From: an uncultured Candidatus Saccharibacteria bacterium
GTDB lineage: Bacteria; Patescibacteriota; Saccharimonadia; Saccharimonadales; JAGPDM01
Direction of reading: 5' to 3'
Assembly: GCA_964622235.1 (NCBI GenBank)
Contig: CAZUNB010000008.1
Location: 1-33,806, forward strand
Length of the DNA: 33,806 nucleotides
The translations under genes were made by a program, and so were the position numbers. Of this stretch, positions 8,041-14,501 are shown in pieces; position 1 is the stretch's first letter, and every line of letters starts with the position of its first letter. The notes beneath the pieces were generated by a model. That model had not been told where the DNA came from. It saw only the letters and a program-made list of their open reading frames with translations, and searched no databases.

Positions 8041-9840
8041 CTATGTCTGTGGTGGTAGCGGAATTTGTGGAGCTGCATCAACTGGCAGTGACTGATTCAG
8101 TGCTTGCGTGGCTTGCCGTAGCTGATCGTCTGGGTACTTACTTATAGGTGCTAGTGGAGCAGTCGATGAAGCTATTTCTACCATTGGTGACGTAGACTGT
8201 GTGACTTCGTCTTGAAGCGCGGCCAAATCAACCTTAGGTTCGTTGTTAGTTGGGAAGCTGTGTGAGACCTTTGGCCTATCATCCACTACCGCCACGTTGG
8301 TTGGAGCAGTAGGAGCTACTGGTATTGGTGGCAAATCAACAACTGGATTACTCACTGCTACTAGTGGAGGTGGAGGAGGCGGCGGCAATGATTGTGGTGC
8401 TGCCGGGTCTCGTGCAATTGGTGGTAACGGCGGTGGTACAATTGTTTGCGACGGGGCAACCGGCGGAAGTGACGCTACTGGAGTTGACGGCTGTTGTGGC
8501 GCAGACTGGATTGGCGGTAGATCGGGAACTACGGGAGCTGCTGGTGATACTGCCGGCGCTGGAGCAACTGAATTAACGATAGCAGCATCAGCTGGTGCAA
8601 CTTTTTGATTTTGCTTAACATCAGGCAAAGGTGCCGATGTCACCGGTTCTATCTCAGCGGCTCTTGGTGGTTCATTTATCTTTAATTTATCATCGCTACC
8701 CAACATGTCTTCATCTAGTGGTTCAGTAGGTAGATCCAATATCTCAGATAATTTTTCTTCATTATCTACAAAAGATCCTTTGATTGGTGGCAGTGGATCA
8801 ATCTTTTCAGTTGATTGCTCTGACTCCCTAGTTTTCGAGTCCAATGATTCTTCCTGCTCATTACGCATTTTTTTATCAGACTCCAGCGCTTTTTCAGACG
8901 ACACACTGTGGTCAAGCGTTAGTTCGTGATCGTTCTTAGACTTACCTTGTTCAGCCAATGGAACAACATCGTCCTTGTCCTTATCAAACAGGCTGATGCT
9001 ATCATCCGAAGACTTAGTGTCTTTATTGATCTTGAGTGGGGTGACTCCATCTTTCTTTGGAGCGAGCTCTTCAATTGAGTTCGCCGATCCGAGTCGACTG
9101 ACAATAGTCTGCTGGTTGGCGCCGTAGCTCATCATCTGCGCGGCGATGTTCATAACCTGCGGCGTTGTTTTATCATTACTAAAATGCTTGGTGGCGGTAA
9201 TCAACCCAGTCAACAGTGCCTGGGAACTTGTCTGTGTTAGAACTGTTTGATCGGGTACCTTCAAGGCAAAATTTGCGACCATTTCACTAAGTGAGCTGAT
9301 TGATGGATTGTGCCAATTATCTCCACGAATTACACTTGGAATATCCCCCTTAGTCAAAATCGTTACCGGCGCAGTGTTTATAACACCCGCGTCATCACTA
9401 ATCACGTCTTCAAGCTGATCAAGTTCAGTCGCTCCTAGGATAATAACTGCATCAACGTTAAAACCACCCTGCCCAAATCGGATGTCTTTGGCACCAATAG
9501 ATGTTCTGTATGGCGTGATATAGACACGAACTTCTTCGTCAACAACTTTATAATGCAAATGATCTGCCAGACGCTTGTCGAGTGATATAACGAAGTCGCG
9601 AAGGTTATCAACATTATCGGTGACTTCTAGCTCACCTTTCAAAAATTCTAATTCTTCTGGAATTGGACGACTGATCAAAGTCGTGACGTGCTTCTCCATC
9701 TCGTTAAGAATTTGGCTCATACCAAACGCAGCACTCAGCTGATCGATATCAGGATTATTAGTTGCTGTCACAAGCACACTGTTAGCTTTTTCAAGCTGTG
9801 CAATTAATTGTTTAATCGGTGATGCTGCGTCTGCTTCCAT
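8041..9840 (-). CDS. DHH-family-like (NrnA-like) protein, apparently catalytically degenerate, with an acidic linker and a long proline-rich C-terminal region
   Basis: 599-aa ORF. The N-terminal ~250 aa have an NrnA/DHH-like layout: VLVTATNNPDIDQLSAAFGMSQIL resembles motif I. By eye the DHH position reads DAVIILGATE, and there is no GGGH DHHA1 motif. The rest is Ser/Asp/Glu/Lys-rich and then Pro-rich (PPPPPPP; DLPPI occurs twice). The gene occupies the slot between rbfA and truB where DHH phosphoesterases sit in many monoderm genomes. Confidence 0.5.
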   Translation of the reverse strand: MEADAASPIKQLIAQLEKANSVLVTATNNPDIDQLSAAFGMSQILNEMEKHVTTLISRPIPEELEFLKGELEVTDNVDNLRDFVISLDKRLADHLHYKVVDEEVRVYITPYRTSIGAKDIRFGQGGFNVDAVIILGATELDQLEDVISDDAGVINTAPVTILTKGDIPSVIRGDNWHNPSISSLSEMVANFALKVPDQTVLTQTSSQALLTGLITATKHFSNDKTTPQVMNIAAQMMSYGANQQTIVSRLGSANSIEELAPKKDGVTPLKINKDTKSSDDSISLFDKDKDDVVPLAEQGKSKNDHELTLDHSVSSEKALESDKKMRNEQEESLDSKTRESEQSTEKIDPLPPIKGSFVDNEEKLSEILDLPTEPLDEDMLGSDDKLKINEPPRAAEIEPVTSAPLPDVKQNQKVAPADAAIVNSVAPAPAVSPAAPVVPDLPPIQSAPQQPSTPVASLPPVAPSQTIVPPPLPPIARDPAAPQSLPPPPPPPLVAVSNPVVDLPPIPVAPTAPTNVAVVDDRPKVSHSFPTNNEPKVDLAALQDEVTQSTSPMVEIASSTAPLAPISKYPDDQLRQATQALNQSLPVDAAPQIPLPPQT

Positions 9841-9853
9841 ATTGCTATTGTCC

Positions 9854-9982
9854 TTATGCTTTTTTTACTATCCTACCACAGAACGAATCGGTTGTCCCGA
9901 GTATATTAAACGTTGTTTTGTTTGTAACAAAATCTGCAACAATAAATTGTGCCAATTCGCTCGCTTGTTTACGTGTTGTCAT
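9854..9982 (-). CDS. Unlisted 42-codon ORF (possible small protein or rbfA relic)
   Basis: Below the track's size cut-off. ATG at 9982-9980 and TAA at 9856-9854. The peptide is MTTRKQASELAQFIVADFVTNKTTFNILGTTDSFCGRIVKKA. An AAGGA SD lies about 10 nt upstream, and the ORF ends 13 nt before the DHH-like gene. A candidate promoter lies about 45 nt upstream. Confidence 0.35.
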   Translation of the reverse strand: MTTRKQASELAQFIVADFVTNKTTFNILGTTDSFCGRIVKKA

Positions 9983-10028
9983 GTTTATTTTATCCTTTTT
10001 GTTTTTGAATGGATGTATTAACATTAGC

Positions 10029-10056
10029 ATTATAATGCATGATTGTCAACTATCAA
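10029..10056 (-). promoter_or_regulatory. Candidate sigma-70 promoter (TTGATA-N16-TATAAT) for the small-ORF/DHH-like/truB transcription unit
   Basis: Minus-strand reading: ataaTTGATAgttgacaatcatgcatTATAATgc. The -10 is a perfect consensus. Confidence 0.45.
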
Positions 10057-10081
10057 TTATTATTGACTTAACTGGAACTTA

Positions 10082-10110
10082 TTGCACATCTGATACTACC
10101 CTGTTATAAT
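10082..10110 (+). promoter_or_regulatory. Candidate sigma-70 promoter (TTGCAC-N17-TATAAT) for rpsT
   Basis: -35 TTGCAC at 10082-10087, a 17-nt spacer, and a perfect -10 TATAAT at 10105-10110. This is about 55 nt upstream of the rpsT ATG, which has an AAAGGGGA SD. Confidence 0.5.
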
Positions 10111-10166
10111 AACGTGTTATCTAGTAATTTAGAAAATATATATGCATTGTAAAGGGGAAAACACAC

Positions 10167-10592
10167 ATGCCAATCATTAAATCAGCTATTAAAAGAGTTA
10201 AGCAAGACCAGTCTCGCCGTGCTCGTAATCGACACCAAAAAGATGAACTACGAAATAGCCTGAAAGCTTTTAACGTTGCTGTTGCTGGTGGTAAAAAGAC
10301 AGAAATCGCTGATGAATTAATCAAGGCACAGAGTCAGATCGACAAAATGGTCAAGAAGAATATCCTGCACAAAAATACTGCTGCTCGACGCATCCAAGGT
10401 CTCGTTAAGCAGGCCAAAGAAGCTGGCGCAAAAGCTCCAACCGGCAAAGTTAAGACTACTAAGTCAACGACCACAAAGAAAGCAGCAGTAGCCAAAAAAG
10501 CAACTGAAAAGAAAACTGTAACAAAGAAAGCCCCTACTAAGAAACCTTTAACCAAAAAGCCAGCTACTAAAAAAGCTGCTCCTAAGAAATAG
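10167..10592 (+). CDS. rpsT: 30S ribosomal protein S20 with a Lys/Thr/Ala/Pro-rich C-terminal extension
   Basis: MPIIKSAIKRVKQDQSRRARNRHQKDELR... is a canonical S20 N-terminus. The protein is 141 aa, against the usual ~85-90. The tail reads ...KKAAVAKKATEKKTVTKKAPTKKPLTKKPATKKAAPKK. Confidence 0.92.
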   Translation: MPIIKSAIKRVKQDQSRRARNRHQKDELRNSLKAFNVAVAGGKKTEIADELIKAQSQIDKMVKKNILHKNTAARRIQGLVKQAKEAGAKAPTGKVKTTKSTTTKKAAVAKKATEKKTVTKKAPTKKPLTKKPATKKAAPKK

Positions 10593-10636
10593 ACTTTTAT
10601 TCAACTTTGATAGCAAGGTTAAAATGGATACAAAAA

Positions 10637-11548
10637 TTAACTTAGAATCTCTTGATACTCCGCTAGCAACTGCCGCAAATGTGTACTTGGCGTGATCTTG
10701 CGAGTTTTAGCGTCAATATCAGCCTGTAAAGTCGCAGTGATTAGGGCCTTGACTTGAGCACCGTTTAATTTTCCGCTTCGATCAGCCCGTGATAAGACTC
10801 TTTCTTTTATCTGAGTCAGTTCCGCTAGCTCTCGCAAATTATAATTATTTCGATAGTGAAGCACCAAATAGTTTTGTAACGACCAGCCAAGCATGCTAAT
10901 GATATAAATGTGATTAACTCCAGAATCAATCAGATCTTGCAATCGATCTTCAGTCGGTTCTCGCCCAGTGAATAACGCGTCGAGGAACTGGAAGATTGTT
11001 GTTTGTAACATCGGCGTAGTATGTTGATCGATGATTTTTCTGTCTATTTTTTGATTAAGCAAACTCAGCTTTTTTAACTCATTATCAAGTCGCCATTGAT
11101 TATTGCCCACACGTTCAACTAAGTATTGTGCGCTACTTATATCAATCTCTAATTCTTCTTTTTTAGCACATTCAATAACCCATGCCACCAACGATCTATC
11201 ATCAGGCTGGTGAAAATCTTGGGCGCTGTTATTTTTTTTGAGATTTCGGGCAAAACTACTTCGCAAGTCAATTGCTGGCTCGTAGATAATCACATCGATC
11301 AAAGTACCGTCGAGTGTCTCAAGCCAAGAGAGGGCCTCAGTATTCCAGTTCTTTTGAAGAGATAAGTTCTCTACAACAAATAAATTCTGTGAACTAAACA
11401 AGTTAGTAGCACCAAGCTTCTGCTGAAAACTGAGCAGACTGTGATCTGAGGCGTCAATTATCTCTGGATTAAGTTTGGTTTTGGCGAGCAGTGTTTGCTT
11501 GGCTTTGGATATTTCATAAGCATTGTTGCCATAAAGAATATGAATCAT
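10637..11548 (-). CDS. holA: DNA polymerase III subunit delta (HolA-like)
   Basis: About 303 aa when started at MIHILYGNNAYEISKAKQ..., which is a typical HolA start. That ATG at 11548 forms an ATGA overlap with the mutM stop. The track's longer 332-aa version would overlap mutM by 91 nt. The family call rests on size, the N-terminal pattern and context only. Confidence 0.6.
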   Translation of the reverse strand: MIHILYGNNAYEISKAKQTLLAKTKLNPEIIDASDHSLLSFQQKLGATNLFSSQNLFVVENLSLQKNWNTEALSWLETLDGTLIDVIIYEPAIDLRSSFARNLKKNNSAQDFHQPDDRSLVAWVIECAKKEELEIDISSAQYLVERVGNNQWRLDNELKKLSLLNQKIDRKIIDQHTTPMLQTTIFQFLDALFTGREPTEDRLQDLIDSGVNHIYIISMLGWSLQNYLVLHYRNNYNLRELAELTQIKERVLSRADRSGKLNGAQVKALITATLQADIDAKTRKITPSTHLRQLLAEYQEILS

Positions 11549-12417
11549 TTCTTTAGCCTTTGACAGTTTGGGCAAATATGCGTACCGCGAGCCGCTACTT
11601 TCGTTTTTATAATGGTAGTTCCGCAAACCTGACACGGCGTATTCTCTTTACGAAAAACTTTAGCAAAACTAATGTAGCTTCCCTTCTTACCCTCTGCATT
11701 GACATAGTTTCGATCACTACTGCCACCCTTTTCAATCGACAACGACATAACAGCCTTTATCTCCTGAAGTAATCGCCCAAGCTCATCGTCACTTATGTTT
11801 TTGACTAGTCTTGCTGGGTGAATTTCCGCAGCAAACAACGACTCATCAGCATAAATATTGCCAACTCCTGCCAGGACTGTTTGGTCTAAAATTGCTGCTT
11901 TAATACTGGTGTTAGCACGTCGACGAATGCGCGGGACAAATTCTTTGGCAGTAAAATCAGATAGTAGTGGTTCGGGGCCAACATTTTGAAAAAATACCAA
12001 ATCCTTAATTGCTGCGGTTGGAATTAGTTTGACCCAGCCAAACTTTCGCTGATCATTGAAAAACAGCTGAGAATTATCAGAAAACTCAAACGTTACTCGA
12101 GTTGATCGGTCTGGGAGATTGCCTATTAAACTATCACTAGGATGCCCTGCTCCGAATCGATCTGCACCGACGTAGACGAGTTGTCCTGTCATTTTCAAAT
12201 GAATAAGCAATGAATAATCGCTATCAAGATCAATAATCAATATTTTTGCACGTCTTCTAATCGTTGTTATTTTAACACTGATTAGAAATTGCTCCACTTC
12301 TTCAGGACTGTTTGGAAAACTTTTTAGCCAGTCGAAATCTACGGATTTAATTGTTTTACCAATTATTCGCTTAACTAAACCACGCTTAACTGTTTCCACT
12401 TCCGGAAGCTCTGGCAC
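11545..12417 (-). CDS. mutM: Formamidopyrimidine-DNA glycosylase (Fpg/MutM)
   Basis: A GTG start is followed by PELPEVETV, which carries the catalytic N-terminal Pro. A C-terminal zinc finger reads CQVCGTTIIKTKVAARGTHICPNCQ. An AAGGAG SD lies 5 nt upstream. Confidence 0.93.
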   Translation of the reverse strand: MPELPEVETVKRGLVKRIIGKTIKSVDFDWLKSFPNSPEEVEQFLISVKITTIRRRAKILIIDLDSDYSLLIHLKMTGQLVYVGADRFGAGHPSDSLIGNLPDRSTRVTFEFSDNSQLFFNDQRKFGWVKLIPTAAIKDLVFFQNVGPEPLLSDFTAKEFVPRIRRRANTSIKAAILDQTVLAGVGNIYADESLFAAEIHPARLVKNISDDELGRLLQEIKAVMSLSIEKGGSSDRNYVNAEGKKGSYISFAKVFRKENTPCQVCGTTIIKTKVAARGTHICPNCQRLKK

Positions 12418-12494
12418 CGTAACTCCTTCATGCTATCTGAACTATAAGTATAGCAAGCGATGTTCCAAGATTAGTAACATCTTTGTTTTAGACT

Positions 12495-13091
12495 CTAGTC
12501 ACTGTTGCGTGCTTCAGATAAAACATCGCTGTAATCTGTAAACTGTTTTTGAAACAACAGATTAATCGGATCAACCAACGTAGCTGCCGTGGCTGGTTCT
12601 TTATTGCAGCTGGTTTTCCAAGTTTCCTGGAGGAGTTCATCGTTTTCAAATAAACTTAGTCGATAACGAAGGCCATTTGGGCACAAACCATCAAAGTTTT
12701 TGGGTCCATCTGGAATCAGAGTCTTTGCGGTGAAATCAGCGTTGCTTATCGCTACCATAAAGTCACGGTAGGCAGCAGTGTTGTTGCCGTAAGTTTTAGT
12801 AGCAATTGTTTTGTTCTCATAGCCTTGTAGAACTTTCATGGTTCGAGCGTTCTGGCTGACATTCATCTGGATTGTCTGGTGCTCTTGGTCAGCAATAACG
12901 TCATTAACTATTTCAAATCGAACGGAAGTATCTGCACGAATATACTCTTCGAGATTAATTTGCTGGGCCTCGGTTTGTTTTATTTTGCTGTTACCAAATA
13001 AACTACGACCGATAATCACCAAAATAACGACCGCTAGAATTGATCCAACGACTAACATCATAACCCAAAATGCTCGTGCTCCGGTACTCAT
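12495..13091 (-). CDS. Hypothetical N-terminally anchored extracytoplasmic protein
   Basis: 198-aa ORF with a single N-terminal hydrophobic helix (FWVMMLVVGSILAVVILVIIG). The following soluble domain has two Cys. No family recognised. Confidence 0.6.
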   Translation of the reverse strand: MSTGARAFWVMMLVVGSILAVVILVIIGRSLFGNSKIKQTEAQQINLEEYIRADTSVRFEIVNDVIADQEHQTIQMNVSQNARTMKVLQGYENKTIATKTYGNNTAAYRDFMVAISNADFTAKTLIPDGPKNFDGLCPNGLRYRLSLFENDELLQETWKTSCNKEPATAATLVDPINLLFQKQFTDYSDVLSEARNSD

Positions 13092-13190
13092 ACATTAATG
13101 ATAGCACTTATGTTGTTATTTGTCAATATTATATTAATAAAACAAACTTTCACTCAAGCTCATACTTGAAATTATGATAGTATAACAACA

Positions 13191-13844
13191 ATGAATAGGA
13201 TGAAAATAATAGTCATATCTGCGCTGTCGGTAGCAATAATTTTAGCTACTGCTCTCGGAGCAGGAACTCTGTATTTCTTCTATCGTAAATCTCAAATAAA
13301 CACGGATACACCAGTGACGGAAAACAAAACTAAAGATAATGACTTAACCCAAAGCTACCCCATTGATTTTGCAGACAAAGAAATTGTGATAAAATTTCTA
13401 CCGAAAGCAGAAATTAGCAGAACTAGGTATGATGCCGAAATCATACCTAGAATAAGACCTTGCAACGATCTTGACTATCTAGAAATAAGAGACGACAAAG
13501 GAAATAGCTATGAACTGTCTGTTTATGCAATCAATTGTAGCGAATTAGAAAAACGCCAGTCAGGACATTGGGGCAGTGCGCAACCGACGTCAGAGCAAGA
13601 CATACGAAGCCTGAAAGATGGAAAAATCTTGAGTAAGTTCGACACGTCACTGGGCCCTGCAATTTCATATTCAGAAACCTATACAGTGTGCACAAGCCGT
13701 TGTGAAACCTCAAAAACAAACAGTACTATGATCCTTCTTGACGACAACAGCTCGCGGGTCGCATTAGCAAAAGGCAGCAGCGCAGAGGGCGAAGGCTATG
13801 ACTACTTGGGTGAGCTTGTTACTCGCAAGATAACCGTCAAGTAA
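13191..13844 (+). CDS. Hypothetical N-terminally anchored or secreted protein
   Basis: 217-aa ORF with an N-terminal hydrophobic helix (IIVISALSVAIILATALGAGTLYFF). The following domain has four Cys. It is divergent from the preceding gene. No family recognised. Confidence 0.6.
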   Translation: MNRMKIIVISALSVAIILATALGAGTLYFFYRKSQINTDTPVTENKTKDNDLTQSYPIDFADKEIVIKFLPKAEISRTRYDAEIIPRIRPCNDLDYLEIRDDKGNSYELSVYAINCSELEKRQSGHWGSAQPTSEQDIRSLKDGKILSKFDTSLGPAISYSETYTVCTSRCETSKTNSTMILLDDNSSRVALAKGSSAEGEGYDYLGELVTRKITVK

Positions 13845-13865
13845 GTTGTTCCTAGTTGGTACTAG

Positions 13866-14501
13866 TCATTTAATAACAGTTCGTTCTGAACCTTTGATTA
13901 CAATAGCCTGTTGGTCTGTCAGAGTAATAACTTCTCTACCATCGTCCTCAAGTCCGATTTTCATTTTACGTAGTGGATGACTGTCAGCAAAGTCTGCCCA
14001 GTGAGGAACTAGTGCAAAATCAACTAGACAAAAACCAGATTCAATAAAAACGGGTGCCTCACTTGGGTCATCGACAAAGTCGACATATTTTATTGTCGGT
14101 GTGGCAATTATCGCGCCTGAAGATTCACCGCCATAGATAATCCCGGATTGGATTAGGTCCTTAACTATATTATCGAAACCAGTTTCTCGAGCAATATAGC
14201 GTAAATAAGGCGTATTACCACCACTGAGCCAAATAATGTCGAACTTTGATAGCTGCTCTTGCATTTCGGCTATACTTACAAAACTTTTCAAGTCAATTTC
14301 CTCTGCTTCGATACCCAGCGAACTAAAACGCTTCAAGCTACTACTGATATATTCTTTTTCATCAGCTGGATAATTATCAGCAGCGTTGGTAATAAACCCG
14401 AGACTAGGCTTGCCCTTTCCCTCAATCAAACCAAGGAATACACTCTCAGCTTTTTTTGGTATACCAATTGAAGAAAGAAATAATTTCAAAGCTCGCCCCA
14501 A
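13866..14501 (-). CDS. Peptidase S51 family (dipeptidase E-like)
   Basis: 211-aa ORF. GFITNAADNYP...IIWLSGGNTPYLRYI...IIYGGESSGAIIA fits the PepE/S51 layout, with the nucleophile Ser in the G-x-S-x-G-like turn. Both candidate starts are TTG (14501 or 14489), so the start is uncertain. It overlaps or abuts the polA stop. Confidence 0.65.
   Translation of the reverse strand: MGRALKLFLSSIGIPKKAESVFLGLIEGKGKPSLGFITNAADNYPADEKEYISSSLKRFSSLGIEAEEIDLKSFVSIAEMQEQLSKFDIIWLSGGNTPYLRYIARETGFDNIVKDLIQSGIIYGGESSGAIIATPTIKYVDFVDDPSEAPVFIESGFCLVDFALVPHWADFADSHPLRKMKIGLEDDGREVITLTDQQAIVIKGSERTVIK

Noticed and set aside
11549-11635. A 29-codon N-terminal extension of holA overlapping the mutM 3' end.
   Set aside because: The ATG at 11548 gives a typical HolA N-terminus and a classic ATGA stop/start overlap. 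The extension would overlap mutM by 91 nt and looks non-homologous.
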